Of a stretch of DNA of 43,676 bases, positions 8,282 through 18,219 are shown piece after piece. A model generated the notes under the pieces. The model did not search any database, was not told the DNA's origin, and saw only the letters and a list, made by a program, of their open reading frames with translations. Position numbers and translations under genes: made by a program. The DNA is from a virus (lineage: Duplodnaviria > Caudoviricetes). How positions within the stretch are numbered: the first letter of the stretch is position 1; each line of letters opens with the position of its first letter. The DNA lies in the IMG/VR virus record IMGVR_UViG_3300030613_000018, positions 1 through 43,676 of that record; one strand, written 5' to 3'.

Positions 8282-8523
8282 TGGATTATCTCTTCGTCTG
8301 GCTTGATTGGAATTGGCTTTGAGTCAACCAAATAATCGTAAATAACCGCTTTTTGTTCGTCGGTGGAATTTTTTATCTCCACTTCGAGGCTTTGTTTTTC
8401 ATACGAACGAAAGATTCCGGCGACAAGACGTTGGAATATCGCGTCTTTACTGATTCCTTCTTTAGTGGAAAAATATTCCAGAGCCCTTTCCTGACTTAAA
8501 TTCGTATCAAAAATATAATTCAT
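8278..8523 (-). CDS. hypothetical protein downstream of tail fibre
   Basis: 81 aa, RBS AAGGAGGAG. Confidence 0.7.
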   Translation of the reverse strand: MNYIFDTNLSQERALEYFSTKEGISKDAIFQRLVAGIFRSYEKQSLEVEIKNSTDEQKAVIYDYLVDSKPIPIKPDEEIIQ

Positions 8524-8543
8524 GTGCTCCTCCTTTCTTGTAC

Positions 8544-9548
8544 TTAGGCTGCGGCGGCAAGCCCATGAGTTGTTAAAATAGCTTGAATTGCAGCAATAAT
8601 TCCGTCTGTCGTAGCATCCCCTGAATTCGGGGTATCGTCAATTCGAGCATCTATCACCCTATTTCCAACCACCTGCACATCATCAACTTTTAAAACTCCG
8701 GTGCAGTTAATATTTCCTGCCACATCGAGAAGTTCGCCTGGGGCCATATCTCCGATGCCGACTTTGCCTGGTCCTGTTATAACTAAGGAATCATGAAAGC
8801 CACTGTCCCAGGTCTGGAATTTAAACCCGACATTATTGGCCGCAAAGGCATAAAAGTCAATATTTCCAAGCGGAAACGCTATTCCTATATACTTTCCCGC
8901 CACATCAAAACTGGAATTACTGGTTAAGCTAAACGGCCTTTGGGTGTCTCCTACTTCATAAACTTCCAACTTCGCCACCGGCGTTGTCGTCCCGATGCCG
9001 ACCTTGCCTTCCTTCAAATACAGCGTATTCACAACTGCTGAAGCACCTACTGAAGTCAAAACATTGACCGAATTCTGAGTCAAGACGAAATTAGCAGCGG
9101 GAGAAATGCTGGGAACGACAAGTCCGGAAAAGGTTGGACTTGAAGCTTGTTTCACCGCTTGATCAAACCAGTGCAGGAGACGAGAATTCCCCGAAACCGG
9201 ACTCAGCCAGAACGTGACGTAAGCCGTTCCTCCAGATCCACCCGCGACATCGCTTAATGTCAGCGTCACCGTATATCGCCCGTCAATTTCGACGTCGCAC
9301 GGAACGGAATGGTTTGCGTTCTCGGCATGTGCCGATCCCGTGAAAATCGTTACGCTATTCTCATCCACAAGAGAAAGTGTGAATGTAATGGAAGCGACGT
9401 TTGGCGCCTCTAAAAGATACCGAGTAATTACTCCGCGTCCCTCAAATGTGAAAGTAAAACTGGTTCCAGCCGCCGCGATCGCGACGGACTTCCTTGCGCT
9501 TTTGGTGATCGTTTTATCAACAATGACCATGACATCGGCTTTAGCCAT
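8544..9548 (-). CDS. tail fibre-like protein
   Basis: GKVGIGTTTPVAKLEV and GKVGIGDMAPGELLDVAG fibre repeats, C-terminal trimerisation-like LTTHGL. N-terminal ~118 aa paralogous to the upstream gene. Confidence 0.75.
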   Translation of the reverse strand: MAKADVMVIVDKTITKSARKSVAIAAAGTSFTFTFEGRGVITRYLLEAPNVASITFTLSLVDENSVTIFTGSAHAENANHSVPCDVEIDGRYTVTLTLSDVAGGSGGTAYVTFWLSPVSGNSRLLHWFDQAVKQASSPTFSGLVVPSISPAANFVLTQNSVNVLTSVGASAVVNTLYLKEGKVGIGTTTPVAKLEVYEVGDTQRPFSLTSNSSFDVAGKYIGIAFPLGNIDFYAFAANNVGFKFQTWDSGFHDSLVITGPGKVGIGDMAPGELLDVAGNINCTGVLKVDDVQVVGNRVIDARIDDTPNSGDATTDGIIAAIQAILTTHGLAAAA

Positions 9549-9569
9549 TTTAGTATCCTCCCCTCTTTT

Positions 9570-9944
9570 TTATAGTGGTCGTAAAAACAAGGTCAGGTAA
9601 ATCGTCGCGGCAGTCCCGGAATTCCCACTCGGGGTCAGCGTGACCGTATATCTGCCATCAATCTCAATATCACAGGGGACGCTATGGTTCGATTTCGCGC
9701 TCGCGCTTGACGAGTGTGCATCCCCAGTGAAAACAGTAATTGAATTTTCATCCACAAGACTCAATGTGATCGTGGGCGCACTCGCCATGATCGGCAATTC
9801 CAGAAGATACCGGGTTATGACTCCTCGGCCTTCAAAAGTAAAAGTTAGCGGAGTGGTTCCGCCAGCCGCCGCGATCGCGACGGACTTCCTCGGGCTTTTT
9901 ACAAGCCCTTTGTCAACAATAACCATCACATCGGCTTTAGGCAT
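9570..9944 (-). CDS. beta-rich virion protein, paralog of the fibre N-terminal domain
   Basis: Aligns end to end with the N-terminal domain of 8544..9548. Confidence 0.75.
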   Translation of the reverse strand: MPKADVMVIVDKGLVKSPRKSVAIAAAGGTTPLTFTFEGRGVITRYLLELPIMASAPTITLSLVDENSITVFTGDAHSSSASAKSNHSVPCDIEIDGRYTVTLTPSGNSGTAATIYLTLFLRPL

Positions 9945-9948
9945 GGTC

Positions 9949-12900
9949 TTACCCTCCTATCCTTTTTTTGAGGTTCATTTCCTCTGTCGGCATTCCGTAT
10001 TGCCGGACATACTCCCGCTTGGCCCGCATGGCCTCACCGTGACGCAAAAGTCTAAGCTCTCGATCCAGGGTCTTTTGCTTTTCCTCGTCGGGCATCTTTT
10101 GATAGCCGGGCGAAGCTACTATTTTATCCATTCTGTCCTTCGCGAGTTTGCCGAAATGGATCGCATAGTCGCGGTAAAACTCTTCGGGTAACTCAATCTT
10201 TATGTCGCCAATTAAGACTTGTTTTCCCGGATGCGCCGGGTAAATCTTCAGTCGGTCAAGCTCCTCTTCAACCCGATCGCTTGTACCTTGCGAATACTTC
10301 CACGGCAGCCATTGCCGCAGGGCGTTGCCGGGCAATTCGATCTCTTCACCCCAGACATCGAGTTTTGCCGGGACCTCTTTCCAAAGCCCCGGAATTACCT
10401 GTGACAGGGCGCCCAGAACGGTTTTGACTTCGCGCACCTTGGCGTTGTCCTCGAAGACGGTTTCCAAGGCCCGGTTCACTGATCGCCAGAATCCCGAATA
10501 CGGGACCATCGAAGAAAGCTGACGCAGGCCCATATTCGCGATGTTCCCGTGTCGCTGAAGCATTTGCACCGGCCCGGAGAAATACGACGTATCCAGGAAG
10601 TTTTCCCACATTCCCCGGGCTACGTCAAAGAAAATGTCCGCCGCCTTGTCCTGAGATTTGGCCCGGACGATCTTGTCGTAAGCGGTCGCCGCCGATGCAA
10701 TGATGGTATTGAACGGCTCCAGGCGCCGGTACTGATACCAGGAATCGCCGATCCGGACCGACCAGGGCAATTTGCCTTGTCGATAAAAGGCTTCGCGCTC
10801 GTTTACGTTTTCCGGGACCGGCCCGATAATGTCTCCATCCATGGCCTTTTTAACAACCCAAAACGCGATGATAGAACCCTCGATTTGTTTGGCGATGATC
10901 TCGGCGGCCGGGAGCCCCCTGCCCATGGCCAGGCCAATCCCCGGCGTCATCTCCAGGCCCCGTTTCAACAAGTTCCCGATCGTGGTTACAAACGGAATTA
11001 AGAGACGGCCCAGGGGGAGTTTTTCGCGCAGGTTCAGGATCGCCGTCGAGATCGGTCCCGGGTCATCCATGAACGTCATGTTTTGTGCATAATCCCCAGC
11101 TTCTTTCATCATGCCTTCGGTCGGTTGAAACTTAGCCTCGAATCGGTCAAGTTGGACATCCTTAAGCCCACGCTTAAGCCCTTCTCGCCGGATTAATCCC
11201 TTGAGCGCCGAATCATAGGCGATTGAATTCGCCCAAATATCCATGGCCCGTAAAGCCCGGCTGGGCGAGGTTATGTACGGCGCAATCGCGCGTAGGCCCG
11301 CATAAGGGGACCGTTCAAGCGCGCTCGCCGTGGCGCCGCCAATCTCCCGGTCCCATTTGGTTTGAAACTCGGCCGCCTGCCCGGTCTTGATGACTTCCTT
11401 GACGCCGCCCCAGCCTTTTTTGACCCCGCTTTTGATTCCGGCCAGGCGGGGAAAGATTTCATTGAAAAATATCTGTCGGTCCCTGCCCGTAAATTTTGAG
11501 ATCATGGCGTCCAGGCCTGCGCTTAAGGGATGATGAATCATCAAATTCCATGCCTGCCACATCGTGTTTCCGGCGAAGTTCACAAGGTGGGTCGGAATCC
11601 CGGACAGGATTGAATTATACCAAAACTCATAGAAATAGTCCTTCAGCGCCGGGTCGGGCAGCCTATCGACGAATCTCTGAACGGCGTCCATATTCTCGGG
11701 ATCCAGCAACTTCAATTCCTCCATTTGCCGTTCGTTCAATCCCTTCTTTAGTTGAGATAAGGCTTTCGCTAACCGGACCGGGGAAACTATCTTTTTGTGG
11801 ATATTCAAGGCCCGCCCGGCCTCGCTGGAGGCGTCCGACGTGGTCTTGAAAATATTCTCTTTGAAGTTCTCGAACGCGACGTTTGCCTCCGCCGCCGTTT
11901 TTGTAGTAACGATCTCCTTCAGTTTATTGATTGCGGTTACATTCAGAGTCCGCATAGCCAGCATTTCTTCCGCATTTAGCGCCTGCCCGCGTTGCGCTCT
12001 TCCAATAACGCCCTGCAGTCGCCTCATGTCGTGCAGGATTTCGTCTGATAGTTTACCGCTTTCATCCCAGGTCTGAACCTTTTTCTCCGGCAGGAGTTTG
12101 GCAACTTCGGTCTCGAAATCTTTCAGGTTCTCGGCGATATTCTGCCGTTCCAGGTTCACGGACCGAGCGTACTTCGGCAGAGGATCGGTTTTCTGTCTGC
12201 TCTTTCGGAGGATTTCATACATTTTTTGCAATTCGCCGGTAGGGCCAAGACCAAGGATAGTAGTTTTCTGGGGTTCAAAGGATTTTAGAACTGCATAATG
12301 ATTAGTCCCTTGTTCTGCAAACTTCACAGCATCATAGCCGTTATTTTTCATCCATTCAATAAATTTACTGCCCGACAAATCATCCTTTCCCGCATTCCTC
12401 ATTAATTTCCAAACCGGGAAATTATCGCTTTCACCTATATATTTAGGGGACAAAAACGATTCTTCTATCCGATCAAATTTTTTCCAATCTCCAATTCCTT
12501 CTCTTCTTCCTCCTTTAGTTGGCGTTCCGCCCTCTGCCTCAATTAGCGCATTCACTACTTCATAAAATTTAGGATTTTCTCCAAGTTGACTTAAATCCAA
12601 TATCTTTGTAGGATTTATTTGGGTTTCAATAACTTTTCCTTCATAGAATGGTTTTCTGCCCACAAGTATTTCAAAACTTTTTTCAGCTCCTTCTCTTGTT
12701 TTGCCTTGGTTTCTCATTATCCTTTCTACAAATGTTTGATCTTGTTTGGCGTATCCCTCCGCAACTTTTGGCGATTCTGTATAATATTCAAACGGAAGCA
12801 TTTCTGGACCTTTAATTTTTTCTTCTCTTAATTTTGAAATTAGTTCGTCTGCTGTTTGCACTCTGGTTAAATTTTTATCAATAGCAGATTTCCCCGAGGA

Positions 12901-15732
12901 ATACCCCCTATAAACAGTAATGGTAGGCCTTTTCGGAGGCAACTCATCCTTTGCGATTCTCTCAGTAAAAGCCATCCCCGCTTTTTGCGCCACGTCCAGA
13001 GTTGTATTCAGGTCTGCCCCGGCCTTGATCTTCTCTGTGGCGATGTTCATCATCTCGTTATTGACATGATGCAGAGCTTCGTCTTGTGTAATCTTCCCTT
13101 CTTCCACGGCCTTTTTTACAGACTCGATCGCTGCGTTTTGCTTGGCCGGAGTTTCGGAAAGAATATCTTGAGCCAGGCCGTTGACGGTCTTACCTTCGAT
13201 TTTTATCTGGGCGCGGATTTGACCTTCAGGCATCGGGGTTGCTTTGACGGGGAGTTCGCCCGCCTTCCCAAGTTCCGCAATGAGAGGCTTGGGGGCCAAA
13301 TCCGGGTATTCCTTCAGGACTTCGGGAGGGACGGGTTTGCCCTCGGAGAGAGCTTGTTTGATAACCGCTTCGTGTGTTGATTGTATTGATGAATCACGTA
13401 ATTTTTGCGGAGCATAAAAATATTCGTCCGCACTCGTCCCGGCCCAAACAACATCTTTGGCGGGAACTTTCATTTTCACTATTTTACTGCCCACATCTCC
13501 GTAACCTGCGGCCCCATGAGTTTTTGCGTATTTATATTCAATTGCAACCCAGTCCCCAGGCTCAATCTTACCGGCGGGATCGTCCTTAGAGATTGCTCGA
13601 TAAATATCAACATTATCTTCTGGTTTTATATTTTTAAATCTCGCGACCAAACCAGGATTTTCATAGCCAAAGTCCTGAGAATATTTTTGCATGGCCGTGG
13701 GAAGATCGTCATGTTCGGTGATTTTGGATCGATAAAGTCTCTCATATGACTTTTGTTCTACTGATCGTAAGCGAGGAAACCACTCATTGAATTCCTTAGA
13801 AGTCATCTTCCATGGTTCTTTGGCTTTAACGAATTTCCCGGCACCCTCAAGTATCTCCTGCATCTTGCCTGTTGCACCAAAGCCGAGAGTTACTTCGGAC
13901 CTGGGGGCCGGGGCGGGTATAACGGGGGCCGCTCCCGCTTTTGTTTCCGGCGCCTCTCCTCCTCGTTCGCGTCCGCCTTCAACTGCGCCAATTCCCGCGC
14001 GCTCAATAACGGCGCCTTTATTGTCGAGGATTGCTCTTCCCTCTCCTTCGGTAATGGATTCAACATTTGCTTCCCTCCCAAATATTTTCTTTATCACGGA
14101 ATCGGCTTGGGCGCCGAATTCCTGTCGTATTTTTGCGGTTGTTTCGGGAGATATTTGCAGGTTATTTGAAAATGTACTTCCTCTCAATGACTGTATGGCC
14201 GCAACTTTCCCGCCCCCGCGTTCAATATGAGCCTTTAGGGACGCCAAGGTTCCACCCTGAGTAACCATGTCATCAACTATTACATAGGTTCGCCCAGGTA
14301 CAACGGGACCGTCAAAAAGCGGTTGGGCGAAAAGGCGTTCGATGGCGTTCTTCCCAGTCCGGCTCACTTTATTGATTTGATAAATACCCTTGTCCACTTC
14401 CCAGCCTGTTTTTTCGGCAATCAATGAGGCGAAGGCGCCCGGGATCCTGTTTCTGCCTTCGGCATCAATCTGCCGGACCGGGACTATTGTCACGGCTTTC
14501 TCTGCCGCCAAGGCGTTGTTTAACTCAATTAGCTTTTCTTTATTGATAAGCGATTGCGCGATTTCAGTTGCCGCCTCAAGATTGCCCTTCTTGGCTTCCA
14601 TATATCGCGGGGTCTTACTTAGGCCCGCGCGCGTTGAGTGTAGTACGGCCTTGGCTGTTTCGGGCGCCCACGATGTTCTTATGGTTCGTTCAGTAATGGC
14701 GGCCGCGGCAACGGTGGCCGCCGCGACTGGTTCTTGTATGGCTTCGGGAGTTTTAATCCCGCGAGCAAGATTAGCGGAGTTTGTTTCAGCGTATTGTTTA
14801 ATCTCCGCCAGGGTCTTTTCAACATCGACCGCTTTTCCCTTTTCTCCCTTTATCGACTTCCCCAATCTGCCAAAAATAAGCGCGGGAAGAATAATCTCAA
14901 TTGCTCCGCCAACGGTTGCCCCCGCTGTTTCCCCGGCGGTTTTCCCCAGAACGGAAGCAACGTCCTGCGCTAATCCTCCGGCAGTCTGACCAACCTTTGA
15001 AATGTTTTCAAATGCCCATTCCAACAGAGCCTTGCCTTTTTTGCCCTCTTCCGTCTGTGGTTCGTAGGCCAAATACGGATGAAATTTTCCCTGCAATCCT
15101 CGAATGACTTTTGTCTGTTCTTCGGGCGATGCGCCGGTTAATATTTTAGCTACGCCAGCCAGTCCAGGAATAGGATTTAAAAACTCGATCAATCCGCCCG
15201 CAAAAGCGGCAAGGGTTTCTCCCGCCCCGAGTGCGGTTTCCCCGAATTTCTTGACGGTTCCCCCGACAACATCGCGGACAAAAGAAGGCTCTTCTTCCGG
15301 TCGGACTTGAGTCTCGGCCGGAAGTTCAAAGTAAGTTCCTTCGGGTCCGGGGATCCGGCGCGGTTGAATTTGCGCAGGCGGCCTTTTTAAAAATCTCGTC
15401 TCTTGCGGCTCCGGCGGAGTTTCGACAAATTTAGGACGAGGCCCTATTTTAAGCTCCGGCATAGGCTCGCGAGCCTTTGGCGCATAGACGGCGAAAGGGA
15501 AAAAACCTACACCCGGGGATCTGGCCGCGATCTCCTCGATGTATCCCGGCGTCATTTCGGACCATTTGCCTTTTGGCTCTTCGATAGGAATAGTCGCCGC
15601 CGCTGGAGTTCCTCCGGCAATGTCAAATAAATCGCCTCCGGACTCGGCGAGCGATTCTTGACCGGCGATGTTGAAAAGATCGGTTTCGACTTCTCTTTTG
15701 GGTTCTGTTCCTGCCAGGTCAAACAAGTCCAT
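9949..15732 (-). CDS. large ejected internal virion protein of polyvalent type (PRTase + two ART-like domains + helical/LPD-like C-terminus)
   Basis: 1927 aa, last of three internal-protein genes. Motifs VIVDDMVTQGGT; IYRA..PGDWV..YA..HG..EYFY; VYRG..YYTE..AEGYA..GYDAV. Confidence 0.8.
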   Translation of the reverse strand: MDLFDLAGTEPKREVETDLFNIAGQESLAESGGDLFDIAGGTPAAATIPIEEPKGKWSEMTPGYIEEIAARSPGVGFFPFAVYAPKAREPMPELKIGPRPKFVETPPEPQETRFLKRPPAQIQPRRIPGPEGTYFELPAETQVRPEEEPSFVRDVVGGTVKKFGETALGAGETLAAFAGGLIEFLNPIPGLAGVAKILTGASPEEQTKVIRGLQGKFHPYLAYEPQTEEGKKGKALLEWAFENISKVGQTAGGLAQDVASVLGKTAGETAGATVGGAIEIILPALIFGRLGKSIKGEKGKAVDVEKTLAEIKQYAETNSANLARGIKTPEAIQEPVAAATVAAAAITERTIRTSWAPETAKAVLHSTRAGLSKTPRYMEAKKGNLEAATEIAQSLINKEKLIELNNALAAEKAVTIVPVRQIDAEGRNRIPGAFASLIAEKTGWEVDKGIYQINKVSRTGKNAIERLFAQPLFDGPVVPGRTYVIVDDMVTQGGTLASLKAHIERGGGKVAAIQSLRGSTFSNNLQISPETTAKIRQEFGAQADSVIKKIFGREANVESITEGEGRAILDNKGAVIERAGIGAVEGGRERGGEAPETKAGAAPVIPAPAPRSEVTLGFGATGKMQEILEGAGKFVKAKEPWKMTSKEFNEWFPRLRSVEQKSYERLYRSKITEHDDLPTAMQKYSQDFGYENPGLVARFKNIKPEDNVDIYRAISKDDPAGKIEPGDWVAIEYKYAKTHGAAGYGDVGSKIVKMKVPAKDVVWAGTSADEYFYAPQKLRDSSIQSTHEAVIKQALSEGKPVPPEVLKEYPDLAPKPLIAELGKAGELPVKATPMPEGQIRAQIKIEGKTVNGLAQDILSETPAKQNAAIESVKKAVEEGKITQDEALHHVNNEMMNIATEKIKAGADLNTTLDVAQKAGMAFTERIAKDELPPKRPTITVYRGYSSGKSAIDKNLTRVQTADELISKLREEKIKGPEMLPFEYYTESPKVAEGYAKQDQTFVERIMRNQGKTREGAEKSFEILVGRKPFYEGKVIETQINPTKILDLSQLGENPKFYEVVNALIEAEGGTPTKGGRREGIGDWKKFDRIEESFLSPKYIGESDNFPVWKLMRNAGKDDLSGSKFIEWMKNNGYDAVKFAEQGTNHYAVLKSFEPQKTTILGLGPTGELQKMYEILRKSRQKTDPLPKYARSVNLERQNIAENLKDFETEVAKLLPEKKVQTWDESGKLSDEILHDMRRLQGVIGRAQRGQALNAEEMLAMRTLNVTAINKLKEIVTTKTAAEANVAFENFKENIFKTTSDASSEAGRALNIHKKIVSPVRLAKALSQLKKGLNERQMEELKLLDPENMDAVQRFVDRLPDPALKDYFYEFWYNSILSGIPTHLVNFAGNTMWQAWNLMIHHPLSAGLDAMISKFTGRDRQIFFNEIFPRLAGIKSGVKKGWGGVKEVIKTGQAAEFQTKWDREIGGATASALERSPYAGLRAIAPYITSPSRALRAMDIWANSIAYDSALKGLIRREGLKRGLKDVQLDRFEAKFQPTEGMMKEAGDYAQNMTFMDDPGPISTAILNLREKLPLGRLLIPFVTTIGNLLKRGLEMTPGIGLAMGRGLPAAEIIAKQIEGSIIAFWVVKKAMDGDIIGPVPENVNEREAFYRQGKLPWSVRIGDSWYQYRRLEPFNTIIASAATAYDKIVRAKSQDKAADIFFDVARGMWENFLDTSYFSGPVQMLQRHGNIANMGLRQLSSMVPYSGFWRSVNRALETVFEDNAKVREVKTVLGALSQVIPGLWKEVPAKLDVWGEEIELPGNALRQWLPWKYSQGTSDRVEEELDRLKIYPAHPGKQVLIGDIKIELPEEFYRDYAIHFGKLAKDRMDKIVASPGYQKMPDEEKQKTLDRELRLLRHGEAMRAKREYVRQYGMPTEEMNLKKRIGG

Positions 15733-16781
15733 TATTTCGCCTTTGGTACAATCCAGCCCTTTTTCTCAAGCTTCTGGTTGAATATTTTACGAGCCTTGTC
15801 CACGTTACCTTTGGCTTCGGCTTCCGCTTCTCTCCGGATTCGCTTTATAACTGCGATGTGTTCGCGTTTTTGAGGATTGATTATTGTACCTCTCGGTAAT
15901 TCTTTTTGCTCCAGGACTTCTTCGGGCGGTTCTGGTGGAGTAGTTTTGCGAATCTCCGCGAGCCTCTTTTTTAGTTCATATTCTTTTTCGACATCGGACG
16001 CCCACTTAAACTCTTTATCGACATACGTCCGGGCCTCTTTTTCTTCCTTGACCGCCTGCTCCTCCGCCTTCTCCATGGGTGTTTTGCCTTTGGGCGCCGG
16101 GGTCTTCCCCGCGGCCTGCGGCGCCGGGGTGTAGGTAATATTCCCCTCTTCGTCGATTGTAGGAACGAGATTACGGACGGGTGCCTGCTTGCCTACAGCT
16201 TCACTTCTGCGCCGGTAAACGATGTTTTCGCCTTCCTGAACGGGGACTAAGGGTTCTTTCTCCTTCGCGGCCTTCGCCTCCTTAATCTCTTTCTGGCGAG
16301 CTTTCCAATCGGTCAGGAATTTGTTTTTGATTTCCAGGGCATTTCGACGCGTCCATGTCGCCTTGACTTCCTCGGCCTTACTTATCCGGTCAGCTTCCTT
16401 ATAAAGTTTCTGCACGTAGGCCGGATCCAGGGTGTCGATTTCGGGTTTGGACTTTCCCCGGAAAAATCCCTCAAGATAGGTCTGCCTCGCTTTCTGTGCC
16501 TGCGCCGGCGGGTTGATCTCGTCCGAGTCGGCATAACCCGGCTGTTTACTCAAATACCCCTCCTTAAACTCCTTCCAGGCGTCCAGGCCGGTCAAGTCCT
16601 CCTCTGTAGGCTTGGTTGCTCGGACATCCCTTAAAACCCGTTTGTAGGGACGTTGGGGCGTTTTCTCGGCCAGAAACTGCTCGGTCTCGGGCCGATCAGA
16701 GAGGAAATATACATCCTGGCCCATTCCCGTCGCCTTCTCGGCAGTCTCCGGTATATTCGTCAACATGGGTGGGTATGGCAT
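15732..16781 (-). CDS. putative internal virion/ejection protein
   Basis: Charged helical 349-aa protein with repeated LVP..EG(E)NI.Y motif; synteny. Confidence 0.6.
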   Translation of the reverse strand: MPYPPMLTNIPETAEKATGMGQDVYFLSDRPETEQFLAEKTPQRPYKRVLRDVRATKPTEEDLTGLDAWKEFKEGYLSKQPGYADSDEINPPAQAQKARQTYLEGFFRGKSKPEIDTLDPAYVQKLYKEADRISKAEEVKATWTRRNALEIKNKFLTDWKARQKEIKEAKAAKEKEPLVPVQEGENIVYRRRSEAVGKQAPVRNLVPTIDEEGNITYTPAPQAAGKTPAPKGKTPMEKAEEQAVKEEKEARTYVDKEFKWASDVEKEYELKKRLAEIRKTTPPEPPEEVLEQKELPRGTIINPQKREHIAVIKRIRREAEAEAKGNVDKARKIFNQKLEKKGWIVPKAK

Positions 16782-16791
16782 TTTAAACCCC

Positions 16792-17547
16792 CTATTCCGT
16801 CACCGTTTGCATCCGGCCAAGGTATTCTCTCCAGGCATTCTGGTACTGACTAAGCATGGTGTTGACACCGCCCTGGAATTCAGCCCCTGCCTTCGCAACC
16901 TGCGGCGCATATTCCGCCGCATATTCAGTGGTGGCTTCCCTGCGGGCTCCGCCCAAAACCTTCTCGAGGCCCATGCCGTACCCGGCCATGGCATCTCGGA
17001 GGGTCATCCGGCGGACGTTGGGATTCTCATAATATCTGCCCTGAGCTTCGCGCATTCCCTTCCTGAGTTCCCGCAGGCCCGGCCCGGCCGCCCGCTGCGC
17101 TTTGGATTCAATCTTTTTTTCGTCCCAAAGCGGAAGTTTATACTCCGGTAGTGGCCCCATAGTCGGCGCGGTCATGGGGGTAGTTCCCCCGCGTTGGGTC
17201 ATTCCGGGGTATGTCGCCGTTCCTTTCCCCGAGGGAATAAAAAACGGTCGACTGCCGAATTTGGCCGTGTCTGTGGGAGTCCCAGCAGTCTTCCCTGTCA
17301 TCGCTTTTTCATATTCGGAATATCCCTTCCCCGGATGCGCGACAACGGGCGTTTCGGGTTTCAGTGGGAGGGGTGGATATTCCGGCGCCCCCGCATATCG
17401 GCTTTGGTATGGTTCGGCAATGCCGTATCCCCCGGCTTTCATCTGTGTCTGAGCGGGCTCTTCATAAGGGCCACCTTCGTATTCTCCGGCAGTTGGGGCC
17501 AGGTTTTCGTAATCAACGTCTTCACCGTAATATTTCGGCCAGGCCAT
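16792..17547 (-). CDS. putative internal virion/ejection protein
   Basis: Gly/Pro/Ala/Tyr-rich protein with helical C-terminus; synteny. Confidence 0.6.
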   Translation of the reverse strand: MAWPKYYGEDVDYENLAPTAGEYEGGPYEEPAQTQMKAGGYGIAEPYQSRYAGAPEYPPLPLKPETPVVAHPGKGYSEYEKAMTGKTAGTPTDTAKFGSRPFFIPSGKGTATYPGMTQRGGTTPMTAPTMGPLPEYKLPLWDEKKIESKAQRAAGPGLRELRKGMREAQGRYYENPNVRRMTLRDAMAGYGMGLEKVLGGARREATTEYAAEYAPQVAKAGAEFQGGVNTMLSQYQNAWREYLGRMQTVTE

Positions 17548-17548
17548 T

Positions 17549-17887
17549 TTACTTTCCCCCCTTCAGTTTGTTCTGAAAGTCTTGTTCTTTGTTCGCCCGC
17601 GAGGCGTCCAAATTCAGCCAGGCGATATTGACAAAACAGGCTGCCCGATAAAAAATCAGGGCAAAAGTGAAAATAGACCATTCAAAATGAAGCAGATAAA
17701 AAATCACCAAAAGCGCAGTCCAGACCCGAACACACTCATCACACGCAAAAAGCTTATTAAAAAATTCGGCCCTTTGTTTAAGCCAATTTCTTGGGGACTC
17801 GAATATCTTCCAGTCTTTTAAAGCTCTTGCCAAGACATCGGTTAATATGATACCCTTAATTATGAACCAGACAACTCCTTCAACCAT
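17549..17887 (-). CDS. membrane protein with CxxC (DUF1360-like)
   Basis: Several TM segments and IFESPRNWL...KLFACDECVRVW motif. Start uncertain. Confidence 0.55.
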   Translation of the reverse strand: MVEGVVWFIIKGIILTDVLARALKDWKIFESPRNWLKQRAEFFNKLFACDECVRVWTALLVIFYLLHFEWSIFTFALIFYRAACFVNIAWLNLDASRANKEQDFQNKLKGGK

Positions 17888-18219
17888 TCCAAATACCCTT
17901 TCTTTGAAAGTTCTCTAAATAAACATTTTGAGCACGTCCATTTTGAAAGATACCCCGCCTTCCCCTCGACACAGCCCCCGCAAACACTCTCCAGGATCAT
18001 CTCGCCATCGCATCCGGGCTGAGTACAGGGTTTCTTCGCGGCCTCCTTGAGCGTTTTCTTCGTGGCCTCGACGGTTTTGTCATCCGTCGTCAGTATCGTC
18101 GCGGTCTCTCCGCGCTCCGCCTTCCACCGTCGATAGGCTTCACCCATTTCCACGCCGGGAAAGGCTTTCTGGGCGTCCCGGATTTCTTGTTCCCTTTTGA
18201 TATATTCATCCGCCGTCAT
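17860..18219 (-). CDS. Cys-motif protein, possible fibre chaperone
   Basis: CTQPGC, CGGC and CSKC motifs. Start MTADEY overlaps the upstream stop. Confidence 0.65.
   Translation of the reverse strand: MTADEYIKREQEIRDAQKAFPGVEMGEAYRRWKAERGETATILTTDDKTVEATKKTLKEAAKKPCTQPGCDGEMILESVCGGCVEGKAGYLSKWTCSKCLFRELSKKGYLEWLKELSGS

Noticed and set aside
9190-9944. Duplicated segment as a DGR template/variable repeat pair
   Set aside because: Differences are mostly third-position, not adenine-specific, include indels, and no reverse transcriptase is present.
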